Positions 24,373 to 36,273 of a stretch of 64,000 nt of DNA are shown piece by piece. A program made the position numbers and the translations under genes. The stretch lies in NCBI GenBank assembly GCA_008632985.1, contig QPGO01000108.1, positions 52,476 to 116,475 of the forward strand, in the 5' to 3' direction. The notes beneath the pieces were generated by a model. That model did no database searches and was not told where the DNA came from. It saw nothing but the letters and a program-made list of their open reading frames with translations. The first letter of the stretch is position 1, and every line of letters starts with the position of its first letter. Source of the stretch: Psammoneis japonica. Taxonomy: Eukaryota.

Positions 24373-26193
24373 ATGATATCTGGGCTGTCACAGCGCCTGG
24401 TGGCCTTCCTAGCAGCTCTCTTGATCCTTGCATCATTGCAGGCTATCTTGGTAATTAGAAGTGCTGACAAAGTGTTCGACTACGACAATATCGACGTCAC
24501 ACCCAAACAATTATTTCTGCAGTTTGACGGCCTGGTTGAAGAACACAACACAACCATTGATGGGGCCTTTCTCCCTGGTCCTTTTTATCAAGATCAATTA
24601 TACCTGCTTGGAGCACGCCTCACGACTTCGTATGAGCAGGACAATGACATTGTCGAAGTGACTCTATTTGGCATGCCGGGGGATTTCTGGAGACGGAAAA
24701 AGGATCACAAGATACGATGCAACGTGAATACACTAAATGCAGTGAATGGAACCATGTTCAATCACAGCAAGAGTGAACGAGATGTTGCCCTGTATGCAAA
24801 GGTGATGCCGGAGGGAAGCATCATTCCGATGGAATTCGTACCTACACTTACCGGGGATGTAAACAACAATGGCGTTACGTTGATATGGAAAGCTGATCTC
24901 AGACCATTTATCACTCGAACGGATATTGAGCTTGCGCTTGAAAAGCAAGAATATGACAATGTCTTTCATCAAACCGAAAAAGCTGTTCGTATCGAGTTTT
25001 CCATTGAGGTCAACGACGAGGAGAGACGCAACGACGACAAATCATTGAGTCACCTGGCTACTGTCGACATTCCTCTGTCCACTGGTGTGGTGGGACACGC
25101 CGGACCCCAAGTACGCACTACGTTCTTCAACAGCACCTACAGGAGAAACAAAATACCGTCTTTTTTGGTCCCATCTTTTTCCACCAACGCCTCTCTTTGT
25201 GTTGCCATGTATGGCGAAGAGACCGCAGTTCACTTGCCTGAGTTCGTGCAACACCATCTCAACGTAGGCTTTGATCAAATTATTGTAGGTGTTCTGCGGA
25301 CGCACTTGGGGTCGGATATGATTCACCACGTACAAAATACCCTGGCGCCATTCTTGGAACACGGGTCAGTGGTATTAGCTGCTATGGGTTTGGGATCTGA
25401 TTTAGAGTGCGAAATCAACATTGAAAAGACACACTTTTACAACGGATGCTTGTATCATAGCAAGGGCGTGGCAAAGTACATGGGAAATTGGGATGTTGAT
25501 GAGCATTGGTTGCCACCTCTTTCCGAGGATGAGTGGAGGCACCATACAGACGCACTGTCCGAACGAGGTGAGACTAAACAGACAAATCGAAGTGTAAACA
25601 TGGCACCAGAGCAAGGTATCATTTGGCAACAAAGCAGTTATAGCAAGATTCCCGATATTTACACAGTCATGGAGTCGATTCAAGCTTATCAGGAGCTGCA
25701 TAGTTGTGGAGAGGAATGGTGTTATCACAGTTTCCCATCTGTCACGGTATTTCGAAGACGGATTGGAGAGGGAGCCACATTGGAAGACACCAACAGGACA
25801 TTTACCATCCAAGGTGACTTTGATCGCCGAGAAGATAAGCTCAATCTAGGTTGGGCCAAGGCTGTAGTGCGAACAAAGTTTACCAACGCAGGTGCAACTC
25901 ATATGGCTGGATCCTGCCGCTGGCCACTTCATGATCCTGATAAATACGTTAGAGCTCGGGATGTGACATGGAGCAGCAGCCCCTATCATGATTCAAGATA
26001 TCTGGAACCATGCCGCAACTTGAGAATAGAAGGCTTTGGACTCATGCATCATTTCTCATCTTTGAACCGAATCCGATCACGGGAACGGCGTTCCTATAAA
26101 CCAGACTTGCCTGTGGATGAGTACGTCCACCAGTTTGCAGAGACAGTCCAAAAACAACTCAGCGTGCTCAACAAGCAAAAGGATATAAAATAA
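24373..26193 (+). CDS. Type II membrane glycosyltransferase-like protein (GT92/DUF23-like)
   Basis: N-terminal TM anchor, SLCVAMY..LPEFVQHHLNVGFDQI, YNGCLYHSKG..YMGNWDVDE (DxD motif) and a late MHHF. Confidence 0.75.
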   Translation: MISGLSQRLVAFLAALLILASLQAILVIRSADKVFDYDNIDVTPKQLFLQFDGLVEEHNTTIDGAFLPGPFYQDQLYLLGARLTTSYEQDNDIVEVTLFGMPGDFWRRKKDHKIRCNVNTLNAVNGTMFNHSKSERDVALYAKVMPEGSIIPMEFVPTLTGDVNNNGVTLIWKADLRPFITRTDIELALEKQEYDNVFHQTEKAVRIEFSIEVNDEERRNDDKSLSHLATVDIPLSTGVVGHAGPQVRTTFFNSTYRRNKIPSFLVPSFSTNASLCVAMYGEETAVHLPEFVQHHLNVGFDQIIVGVLRTHLGSDMIHHVQNTLAPFLEHGSVVLAAMGLGSDLECEINIEKTHFYNGCLYHSKGVAKYMGNWDVDEHWLPPLSEDEWRHHTDALSERGETKQTNRSVNMAPEQGIIWQQSSYSKIPDIYTVMESIQAYQELHSCGEEWCYHSFPSVTVFRRRIGEGATLEDTNRTFTIQGDFDRREDKLNLGWAKAVVRTKFTNAGATHMAGSCRWPLHDPDKYVRARDVTWSSSPYHDSRYLEPCRNLRIEGFGLMHHFSSLNRIRSRERRSYKPDLPVDEYVHQFAETVQKQLSVLNKQKDIK

Positions 26194-26244
26194 TTTGCTT
26201 TTCTTCACGACGCACCGATCTGCGCGCCGCCATTCTACTGAGCA

Positions 26245-27706
26245 TCAGCTATCCGTGTCGTCGATATCCAGGTTGACGTCTGCTGCACGCAATCCCAGTT
26301 CGGCAATGCGAGCGGCTACTCGTACATTCAATGAGTTTCCCAACAGCTTCCACTGTTGTTTCATTGTACATGATTTTGGAAACTCAAACGACGAACATGG
26401 TTCCTCCTCGGTTGCTGACCTAACCGCGTCGTCCGACCTTGGTGACCGCACCGGAAAGCCCATGAGCCTAGCGATTTCAGTGCCCGAAAAGTAGCGCAGG
26501 TGACGCTTCCAATCCAGCCCTTTTGCCCAGTCTGGATCAAACTGTCGTTCCTCAGGCGATGCCAACTCAAAGCAATGTCCAGCCTTATGCTTCTTGTCAC
26601 TCTCCTTAGTTTCTATGTCTTTGTCAGTCTCTTCCTCGATCGGTCCAGTATACAAGACGCTGCCCGTCCCGCGAACAAACTTTCCGTACGACTGCGTAAA
26701 GCAAGAACTCCTACATTGCTCTGGGGTGACAATGTCAAAACACCATGATGAATTACCTTGCATAATTTTGTCGGGTATTGCAAGTTCATGAGATGCAGAA
26801 TCGTTCGAGTCTAGAAACGTTGATATTGGTGGCAAATCCTTGCTCTCTGGAGTGGTTGGAGCAACGTCTAGGGCGGGGATGCTGGTGTGAATAGCGGGCA
26901 AGGAATTATTTTTGTCCTGGGTGGATTCGTTCTCAAGGAAAGTATTTCGAAACTCACTGCCGTCAGTTGCTAGATACTCCCTCCTCACAGCGACACAGAA
27001 ATACCGAGGACGATCATTCGGTAATCCAACCTGGGTCGGAGTCAAGTGAAAGTGTCGCACAGAATAGTCTCGTTCCGACAGAACTGTCCGCCATTTTTGA
27101 CAACTACCGGACTAACGAGACAGAAGAAAAGCGCAGTAAGTATAGCTTAGAATATGAGATAGATATAACACTTCTTGGAGTAGACCGAGCGACTCGCCTT
27201 ACCTTTTCAAATCCAACCACGTTTTCCATCAAAATGACACGTGGTAGTTTTGAAACTTTCATTGTTTTCAACAAATCACACAATCTCAAAAAGCTCCTCG
27301 ACCTTGGGTCCTCCAAGTCTTGATGGGTATTGTCATGCTGTCGTGTGTGTGGCTGGCACGGTGGACTCATGGCCCAGACCGTGGCATTCCATTCCTCAAC
27401 TTGTGCTGTGGTCAAGCGCTCGATTGAAAACGGAATAACCGATCGTTTGCGTTTCTTGCCGTGTAGTTGTTGTTGTTTGCTTGTCGTAGTAGTGCCGAAA
27501 TTGTGATGAAACACCAATCGACAAAGATCAGAATGGTCCAAGTCTGCCAAACGCTCAAGTCGTATGTTCGTCTTGTTTGGTTCTATTCGATTAAGGGCTT
27601 GTTGCAGTGCCAAGGTCCAACCGCCAATCCCCGAATAGAATTCGACATAGGTTATTACTGTTTCGTTTCTGTTATCGCTAGAATGCGATGAACATTTTGT
27701 CTCCAT
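26245..27706 (-). CDS. DNMT2: DNMT2/TRDMT1 tRNA (cytosine-C5) methyltransferase; 2 exons (27706-27203, 27111-26245)
   Basis: Motifs EFYSGIGG (I), MSPPCQPHTR (IV), ENVVGFE (VI), PNDRPRYF (VIII), CFTQSYG, LRYFSGTEIARLMGFP and KLLGNSLNV (X). GT..AG intron at 27202-27112. Confidence 0.93.
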
Positions 27707-28009
27707 GCTTAGCAAGCCTCCTGTGTGTGATTTTTACACCTCGATGCAGCACTCGCGACAACAACCAACTGCAGCGAACGGCAAAGTGTGCCATTTTCAG
27801 AGACGCAACGTGCACGCGTCGCCGCAGGTCGGAGGGAGTTTTTCAGTCACGAGTAGGTGAATTTGTGACTGGTTTCAGCCAATCAGATCACATGAAAAGT
27901 CTGTCCGTCAGCACACTCTGGCTTCCCGCATTTTTCGTTCTGCATTTTCTTCACACACCCCACACCATGGCGAATCGTGTCGCCGCTCGCACCACAATAA
28001 CAGAGAAGA

Positions 28010-30601
28010 ATGGGTACCACTGAATCTTCATTGATCTCTTCCGAAGAGCCTTCCTCTTGGCAAGGTCCTGCTGTTACACCATCTCCACGAAAACAACAGC
28101 AGCAACAAAACGGCGTTCCACAACACAAACAACAACCTAAACCACGGCCACGACCTGATGTTCTCAAGGGAATACTGTTGGGTTTGCCTTCAAGTGGAAA
28201 ACGCACATTACTACATAGACTGCAAGGAAAGGATCCTTTTGATAAATCAAAACCTCCGCTAGAACAACTGCCGGTCCACGCAAAAGTGACAGCTCCGTAC
28301 AAACCTCCACCGTCCACCACCACGAATCTGCTACTGAACTCGAGAATTTTGTTACATGTTGAAATCCCACATTCGTTGGAGGAAGCGATTGATTTCGCCG
28401 TGATTTTGGTCAATCCAAGGCATGATCCCAAGCACGTGGCTCCCTATCTTGCCAATGTGATTCAAAGTTTGTTGCTACAAGCCGGATATCCGCCCTTCGA
28501 GGAGAAAGCACACAACAAACATACGCAGCATAAGCTTCAGAAGCAGCCTTTATGTTTGTGTATACTGTTAAATTTTCGTGATTTACATCATCGGGATACA
28601 AAGCAGCTGTTACCACAAATACAAGAATCAGACTTGAGAGCTACAGTCGACAATGTATTGAAAGAATACCCAGATGAAGAATCGCTTCAGAAACACATTG
28701 TATGCGGAACTACTTCGCTTGTGAATTGCTACGGACTATCCGTCCTTCACGATTTTATTTATCAATCCTATTTGTTGAACAAAAAGGCATCATTGGAACA
28801 ACAGCTCTTGGCTGTACAACAAGCGCTGAAGGAGCAATCGGCAACGACGAAATCACTGCAGGATTATGACGAATACGTGGCGGCGCTATCCTCGTCACGA
28901 CAGGCCCTCAATGGCACTACCAATAGCGTTCCACAACGACAACCTCAAGCGAACCAGGAGGGACGACCTCAAGAGCACCAAGAGGTTGTAAGGGAATCTA
29001 CAAAGAGAAGAGAAAAGGATGAGGCACGAAGAGAGCGGAATTCGCGAAACAAAGACACACAACCATCGCCACAAGCTGCACAAGCCGACACGGCGAGGAA
29101 GCAACCCAACCAACGGCGGGGTGTCATGAATAACAAGGCATCCGATCGCAAACCGAAGCCTCAGACTCAACAAGACAGCATAGAAGCTCAAAGATCTGCT
29201 CTAGAGGCATTCTTGGCCGAAGATGATGATGAGGATGACATTCCACTGTCGGCACGAAAACAGCAAAACAAACGAGATACTGACGACTCCTCTTCGGATG
29301 AGGAAGATGATTTCTACTATGACGAAGCGGGTGCGCGACACGGATCACATGACGGCGGTGATTCTTCGTCGGATGAGGAAGAAGAACCGAAACCACAACG
29401 TGAGGTACAACGGAAAACGTCTCAGCCACGCATGCCATCCATCTCGGAAGTAGAGCACGACAACAGCAGTGACGAAGATGCTGATGACAAACACAGAAAG
29501 GAAGCCGAATCGGATCATGAGTCTGCCACACGTGAACCTGAAGTTGCGACGCAAGAGTCAAAAACGAGAAACGAAGCAAACGACAGGGCGGATCAAGGAG
29601 ATACTTCGTCCATGATACCATTTACTCCGCAAGGCAACGAGAAGCATGGATCAGGGCAGTCAGGGGAGAAGGGCCACAGTGGCAGTGCAGAAGTCATCGT
29701 CCGCTCCAACTCGAATCCAGTTGGTGAGGATGGACTAGAAAAGAAGGAGCACGATTCCTCTTCCCCGGAGAAATGTGATAAACACGTTTCAGCACCCGTC
29801 GCCCAGATTAAGTCTCCGACGCCGCACCCAGTGGGCACTGCAGACACAGACACCAGTGGCGCTGGTGCGCCGCCAATCGATGAGGATACTAGCGCTCATG
29901 CACCTCCATCGCCAGAGGCAAATGCTACAAAACCTGGTGGCAAAAACGAAAACCTTTCTTCGCCCACCAAGCGCCCTTCCCCATCTCTATCTTCTGATAA
30001 GAGCGATAGCACCTTACCAGCTACCAAAGAAAGCCCTCCAGCGGTAGCGCCTCCACAGCCTCCGGCCAAAGCTATGCATCCTGACGATGGTAGCAGTGAC
30101 GACACGACATCTCCAGGCAACAACAACAATGATGCTGCATCTACACAGGCAAAGTCCACCGATCCTGAGCATGGCAACAACGATGACCAACGAGCACGAG
30201 CAACAAATAGCACGCCTCCTGCATCGCCGCCACACCGATCCAAATCTAGTCACGCTGACGACAGCAGCGACGACGACTTTATTGTGGAGCAAACCTCCGT
30301 TATCCCAAACAAGGCACCATCCAACACCAAACCTCCTAATGAGTCATCGAACGACGACAAGCCAAAAGAACATTCTCCCGGCATGAGCGCCGCGGCCCTG
30401 GCAGCCATTGCAGCCGCGCAAGAGCAAGCCCAGCTAATGCTGCAGCAACAAAATGACGACCAAGGGCGCACTCCTAAAAAGAAAAAGGGCGAGAAAAAGA
30501 AAAAGAAGAAAAGGGACGACGGATCCGTCAAAAAGAAGAAAAAGAAAAAGCGTGACAAGGAAAAGAAAAGCAAGGTTCCTCAAGACGACGTAGACGAGTG
30601 A
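28010..30601 (+). CDS. RABL6-like atypical Rab GTPase-domain protein with an acidic disordered middle and Lys-rich tail
   Basis: ILLGLPSSGKRTLLHRLQG (P-loop-like), CILLNFRD and TSLVNCYGLSVLHDFI, followed by a coiled coil. Poly-K C-terminus as in RABL6. Confidence 0.7.
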   Translation: MGTTESSLISSEEPSSWQGPAVTPSPRKQQQQQNGVPQHKQQPKPRPRPDVLKGILLGLPSSGKRTLLHRLQGKDPFDKSKPPLEQLPVHAKVTAPYKPPPSTTTNLLLNSRILLHVEIPHSLEEAIDFAVILVNPRHDPKHVAPYLANVIQSLLLQAGYPPFEEKAHNKHTQHKLQKQPLCLCILLNFRDLHHRDTKQLLPQIQESDLRATVDNVLKEYPDEESLQKHIVCGTTSLVNCYGLSVLHDFIYQSYLLNKKASLEQQLLAVQQALKEQSATTKSLQDYDEYVAALSSSRQALNGTTNSVPQRQPQANQEGRPQEHQEVVRESTKRREKDEARRERNSRNKDTQPSPQAAQADTARKQPNQRRGVMNNKASDRKPKPQTQQDSIEAQRSALEAFLAEDDDEDDIPLSARKQQNKRDTDDSSSDEEDDFYYDEAGARHGSHDGGDSSSDEEEEPKPQREVQRKTSQPRMPSISEVEHDNSSDEDADDKHRKEAESDHESATREPEVATQESKTRNEANDRADQGDTSSMIPFTPQGNEKHGSGQSGEKGHSGSAEVIVRSNSNPVGEDGLEKKEHDSSSPEKCDKHVSAPVAQIKSPTPHPVGTADTDTSGAGAPPIDEDTSAHAPPSPEANATKPGGKNENLSSPTKRPSPSLSSDKSDSTLPATKESPPAVAPPQPPAKAMHPDDGSSDDTTSPGNNNNDAASTQAKSTDPEHGNNDDQRARATNSTPPASPPHRSKSSHADDSSDDDFIVEQTSVIPNKAPSNTKPPNESSNDDKPKEHSPGMSAAALAAIAAAQEQAQLMLQQQNDDQGRTPKKKKGEKKKKKKRDDGSVKKKKKKKRDKEKKSKVPQDDVDE

Positions 30602-31078
30602 AATGCATGATCTCTCTACCATTTCGTAAGAGAGTACCGACAGGACCTTTTCTTTGATGTTGCAGTCTACAACATATTGAAATACTGGTTAGTATAGTTC
30701 AACTCCTGCAAATCCTTTTAGAAAGCCATAGATGGTGCAACACTCTAATTCAAAAGATTGCAGCACTACGAGAGACTTTTCTAACTTCCAGCGCTAACGT
30801 ACATCATGAAATGCACCATCGATGGTCCACTCTACTCTCTTCCTACCGTAGCTAAGAGAGAAAGGACCAAGGATTTACATATAGTCTGACTATCAAACAC
30901 TATGAGGTTCGTTCCACCCCATGTATCCAGCACTGCAACTTATTATCACATTTCGTAGAAACAATGTGTCAATTCCAGAAAATTAGGTATCTAATAGTGC
31001 ACATCTGTCAACTGTCAATCTAAATGTACAACAATACAAAACTAATCGCACTCAAAGAACTCTAGTATTCCCTACTTT

Positions 31079-31909
31079 CTACAATCGCTCCAAGACTTGT
31101 CCCACTTCCTCTGTGGTTGCAATATGAAATCCCTTATCGGGCGTGACACGAGCCAGTTCCACGTTTTCTGTCGAAATCTTTTCCTCCATGACTTGCTTGA
31201 GCGTCGAGAGGGCCAGCTCCTCGGCTTCGTTAAGTGTGAGGGATTCACTATAACTCTCTTCTAGATTGGATTGAGCACCTTCACTGCCAGCACCGATAGC
31301 CTTGGCCTTGTAGCGTGTAAAGGTACCCGAGGGATCGGAAAAGTACAACTGACATCCCTCCAGTTCGTCGTAACCCGCCAAGAGGAGCGCGACACCGAAG
31401 GGACGAGACATGCGCTTGGTGGAATCGTCTCCGTCCGAGCCTTCACCAAAGCTCAGTGCCAAATCACAAACGGCTATTATTTTAAGAAAAGAGAGATCAT
31501 AAAGAATTGTAAGTTATGGAACAGCAACATAAGAACTTATAAAATTCACACTCATATATAACTCACCTTGTGTAAGAGCCTCAACTCCCACAGGCTCGGC
31601 ATAGGTAAAGGTGTGATTCTGTGCTTCCACGCGAGCATGATCCACCAGAGTTCTCGCATCCGCCACCAATCCGCTCATAGCGGCCCCAATATGCGTATCA
31701 ATCTCGGCAATCTTTTCGACAGAATCGGGATCCAACAAGGGCGAGGATAAACGCTTTTCCACCGCCAGCACGCATCCGTCCTTGGTTTGCAAGCCCACCG
31801 CGGTCGATCCCAGCTTGATGGCTTCAATGGCGTATTCCACCTGAAACAAACGGCCTTCAGGAGAAAACGTGTTGACACCACGATCGTATTCGGACCTTGT
31901 CAAGTACAT
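31079..31909 (-). CDS. PSMA5: 20S proteasome subunit alpha-5; 2 exons (31909-31567, 31473-31079)
   Basis: [27 protein letters not shown] and [14 protein letters not shown] intron at 31566-31474 joins TQ|AVCDLAL. Confidence 0.98.
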
Positions 31910-32379
31910 ATTGTTGTTGTTGTTACTGTTATTGTGGTGCTATTGTTGCGGAGATCAGTGCGGCGAGAGACGGTGCGGTCGTCTTTGTCGACTGCAAACA
32001 CAAAACAGCAAAAAATCTTGGGATCGTGAAAGAAGCACGACGAAGTGTTGAACGCGGGCGGGCGGACGGACATTGGTTGGGCGGATAGATGGACGGACGC
32101 TCGCTGGTCGTTTGAGGTAAGGTACAACTTCTTTTTCTACAGTAGCTACTTCGTACTCCTACTTCTACTCTAGTAGTAGTAGCTAGCTACTAGCTAGAGT
32201 CTGAAATGTGGGTTTTATGATGGAGACAAAAATAGCTCCTGTGGAGTAACTATAGGTAACATACACTACATGTACACACCATGCTCCGAAAGAGATCGGA
32301 ATCGACCCGCGCGCATTTTTCAATTGTCGAGACCCGACATGGTTTGACATCGAAATTCGAAGAAAGCATCCAAACAACT

Positions 32380-34053
32380 TCAACAGCCAGGAGTAAGCTT
32401 CCCAGAGGTGCCAGTCCACCGTTTCATTTCCGCCATAAGTGATGCCTTGTTGTTGATGCCGGTTTCCATAGCGTGCAACGAAACAGAAGCGTCATAGTTT
32501 TTCAAAGCTTGGTTGAATAATCCCGCTCGTTTTTCTGCCAACCCAAGGTTGTTGTACGCCATTGCCAAATCCCTCTTGAACTCATCGGGATCCTCCTGGT
32601 TGACTTCACCTTGTCCTAACTCGAACCTCTTCTTTTCGTGAAAGAGAGCACGTTCGTACCAATGAATCGCACTGTGGGTGTGGTCGGCGCGTTCGTAGAT
32701 TTCCCCAATGCGGGTACAGAACAAGCTGTTGAGAGACTGGACGTGCGCTTTTGCCAGTGCCTCTGTCATGTACTTGGCGTCGTCTTTATCGACAGGAAGG
32801 GGAATGGAATGCTGTAGCGCACAACAAATTTCCTCGGAACGAGCTTCGGTCGCATGCATCAGAATCTCCACCGGAGCAATGTCGTGCGTATCACGAACCT
32901 GCTCCATCATGATTTCCTCGACGCAAAGCAAGTGAATGGACATTGTCATCACTTTTATCCAAAATCCCATCAGTCCTTCCACCTCGTCATCGTTGGATAG
33001 ATCGTTGTCCAAGCTCCACAGAACACCGCCCACGGCAGAACGAAACTTTTCCATTGCTTCAGCAACAGCAGCTTTCTTGCTACCACGGGTCCGTCCTAGT
33101 GCCTTTGTCGTATCCCCATCCATTGTATGAGGTAGAACGGCGTTTAATTTTTGAAAATTCATGTCACGCACCTTCTGAAGTTCGTCTGGGTCACTGATTG
33201 GTGCATGGACGCCCGAGGGAATTTTCGAAGAGCCCTTCTTCCTCCACTCGCCCCAACAGTCAGAACAAAGCTTGTGATTGCATTGAAGTGTGCGGCACAG
33301 TTTGGTTTCCGAGCAAATGGGACACATGTGGCTTGTCAAGGTCACCAAACTGGCATCGTCCTCATAGGCAAGCTCGGTAGGTTCAACGGCACGGCAGGTG
33401 GGGCAACTGGCATTTGCCGCCCTTTGCTGAAACTCTGGAGCTGGATTAGGCGGATCAATCCATTCGAGTGAGATGTCTCCGTCCGCAAAGTCGCCATTCT
33501 GAACAATCCCACCACCATTAATGTTCATGCGGCGCACACGAAACTCTGGCGGTTCCGACACGTTCTCGAGATTTTCCAGCTTGACGGTAGCAAACTGAAC
33601 GTCCTCCGCCTCTAGTAGCAACTTGACCTTGAACTTGTCATTGGCGAGGCGCTTGACGATTTCGCCACGCTTTCCATCATGCGCCTTGGGGAAACCACGA
33701 ATTACAACTTCTTCTCCAGCCTCGAGGTCTCCGGTCCCGTCCAACTTGATCTTGACATCCCAATTGGTACTGGAGCTGAATGGGCCACTATTCCACTGTG
33801 TCCAAGACACGACCTGCCCCTCGCATACGTCGTTAGGACTCTTGTAGAGGCGCAAACGACGGTTTTCCCATAGTTCTGTAATGGTACGTGATGCCGGACC
33901 GAACGCGCAATAAGGGAATTCCTCGGACACATGCTGAATTACATATGCATCGAAACTTCCACCGCAACCACTCTTCGAGCTTCCACCACCACCACCTGGG
34001 CCATCGGATATCGTGATGCCACCAGGGCCCATTGTCATTGTCATAAAGAACAT
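32380..34053 (-). CDS. Protein with a KOW/SH3-like domain, RING-type zinc finger and C-terminal TPR
   Basis: 557-aa ORF with GEEVVIRG..HDGKRGEI..VKLENL, CPICSETKLCRTLQCNHKLCSDCW and AMAYNNLGLAEKRAGLFNQALKNY. Confidence 0.8.
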   Translation of the reverse strand: MFFMTMTMGPGGITISDGPGGGGGSSKSGCGGSFDAYVIQHVSEEFPYCAFGPASRTITELWENRRLRLYKSPNDVCEGQVVSWTQWNSGPFSSSTNWDVKIKLDGTGDLEAGEEVVIRGFPKAHDGKRGEIVKRLANDKFKVKLLLEAEDVQFATVKLENLENVSEPPEFRVRRMNINGGGIVQNGDFADGDISLEWIDPPNPAPEFQQRAANASCPTCRAVEPTELAYEDDASLVTLTSHMCPICSETKLCRTLQCNHKLCSDCWGEWRKKGSSKIPSGVHAPISDPDELQKVRDMNFQKLNAVLPHTMDGDTTKALGRTRGSKKAAVAEAMEKFRSAVGGVLWSLDNDLSNDDEVEGLMGFWIKVMTMSIHLLCVEEIMMEQVRDTHDIAPVEILMHATEARSEEICCALQHSIPLPVDKDDAKYMTEALAKAHVQSLNSLFCTRIGEIYERADHTHSAIHWYERALFHEKKRFELGQGEVNQEDPDEFKRDLAMAYNNLGLAEKRAGLFNQALKNYDASVSLHAMETGINNKASLMAEMKRWTGTSGKLTPGC

Positions 34054-34832
34054 GGTGAATGATTACTGGAGAGAGTAAAGTACAACACTGAATGCTAAAA
34101 CGCAATATGCGTCAACAAGCTATTACCCAAAGAGAGCCGAGATTTTGTTCACTGCTCTCAGCTCGCACTGCCTCTTTATTTTTCACGCGGGGTTTCACGA
34201 CGTCTTTGTTTACGTACCTCTACGTGGGTTTTGTACCAAAGCTGCCGCGCTTTGTCGAACTTCGAGAGGGGTCCCCCCTTCCATCTCCCGCGAACCTCCC
34301 GCTCTAAATTGTCGCGTGGTGTAAAAATCTACCTGGCGCTGCACGAATATTTTTTTAGACCCCCCCTGCCCATGGCGTCCCCCCGCAAAAGCATCACTTC
34401 AGGGCTACACATTCTTCCAGAGGTCGTTCAGAAGGATCATACTCTTCTTCCCTCAGTTGGGCCTCCCTCGAGAGTCTTGAGCAGCTGCTGTCTGGCAGCA
34501 GTGCAGCTCTACTGTAGCAAGAGATGCCACAGAGAGGAGACAAGAGACAGAGAGGAGCCACTGGAGCCACCTGCCAAGGTTTTCACAAGAGCGAGTGAGA
34601 GACTTCCTACTTCTACAAACATGACTCCTACTGTACCTACCGGCACCTCCTGACCTAGCTCTAGCTACTAGCTAGAGAGTCTACCTATCTAACTTACTCC
34701 CTACATGCCCGCCTATCGCCTCTCCTCATTCGTTGCTGTCTGTCCGTCGCTCTCTCTCTATCGTGCGTTCGTCGTCGTTCGTCGACCCGCCCGCTCACAC
34801 CTCACACAACACACAATACACCGCATTCAACC

Positions 34833-35625
34833 ATGGCGGTCATTCAGCAACCAAACCCGACACTCTACGTGTCCAACATGGACTGGTCCATCAAAAAGCC
34901 ACTCTTGAAACGGGCCTTGTACTCCTTGTACAGTCGGCACGGCAAGGTAAGAAACTGTTGTCGTCTGTCGTTGGTTCTGATGGAACGAGATCATTCCTGT
35001 TTTGATGTTTGTGTTGTTGTTTTTTTTCGTATAGCGTTTTAGTTCTGCTTATTATATTCTCTCCTAACGTTCTATTTCGTTTTAGGTTCTCGAAATTATT
35101 GCCTTACGCAAAGACAAGTTGAGGGGACAAGCATGGATTATTTTTGACGATGTATCTTCTGCCACTGCCGCCCTGCAAGCCACAAAGGGCTACACCTTTT
35201 TCGGCAAGGACCTTAAAGTAGATTACGCCAAGGAAAAGAGCGATCGCATCGCCAAGCGAGATGGAACCTATGTCCCAAAGGCTAAGCGGAGAAAAGTAGT
35301 GACAGAAGAAAGCGATTCAAAACAGAATGATGAGGTCGCTCCAGCAACAACAGAAGCATCCGCCGCAAAAGAGGCTGACGACGACAATGACAATATTCCG
35401 TCCAACATTTTGTTTGCACAAGACTTGCCTGCTGAATGCAATCAAATGATGCTGGCCATGTTGTTTCAACAATACACGGGATACAAGGAGGTTCGTGTGC
35501 CGCGACAGGGATTGGCCTTTATCGAGTTTGATGATGAACCGCACGCCACCCTTGCACTGCAGGGATTGAACGGATTCAAATTGACAAATACCGACATGCT
35601 GAATTTGAAATATGGAAAGAGTTAA
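34833..35625 (+). CDS. SNRPA/SNRPB2: Spliceosomal U1A/U2B'' (SNF) two-RRM protein; 2 exons (34833-34946, 35086-35625)
   Basis: PNPTLYVSNM..LKRALYSLYS, LRGQAWIIF, DYAKEKSD and a second RRM PSNILFAQDLP..LAFIEF. Intron at 34947-35085. Confidence 0.95.
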
Positions 35626-36273
35626 AGTATAATAAGCTAGAGAATGGGATTGATTGGAAGCTACTCTCTACAAAGAGGGTGTTTGTGCTTTGAGCTTGTA
35701 CGACAGGCCATGCTTCTCGTAGCTGCTCGAACTGTGCTTCACTATGCTACCGTAGTCCAGAACAACCTGTTACAAGTTCAAGATTGTCTAGCTAACATAC
35801 CGGTACTTCTCTACTCTAGAGTCTGTTTCTTTATCCAACGGCATCATGCCCTTCTTCGGTCGAGCAAATAAAAGCGCGGTCCCACGATGTCCGTCCGTCA
35901 GCGCACGACGAGACGGAACGCGGAGTCGAACACGACTCATTCGAATCGAACCCATCAACTCCTCCGTGGCGGGAAATTTTTTATACCAGGATCGTGTAGA
36001 AATCTACGGCGCCCGCACCTCAGCACGCGCTGGCATTTTTTTCGCACACAATCACAATCAACAAGCAGGTAAGCAAAGCAAACCACCATGACGCGTCGAC
36101 GACGGTGACGCTCGTTCGTTGGCCACTCAAGAGAGACACTGTTGACGTGTATTGTAATGTATATCGTATGGTAACAGCGTCGTCCGTTCTTGTTGCGTTC
36201 TTGAATCGACACAGATAGATCCGATTGACACGTACGCTCCATCACGTACTCGCCGCCGTACAAAATCAGTACC

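Noticed and set aside
26245..27706. DNMT2 as the enzyme behind the mutated blocks
   Set aside because: DNMT2 is primarily a tRNA-Asp C38 methyltransferase, cannot explain A->G at TpA, and linkage in a eukaryote is weak evidence.
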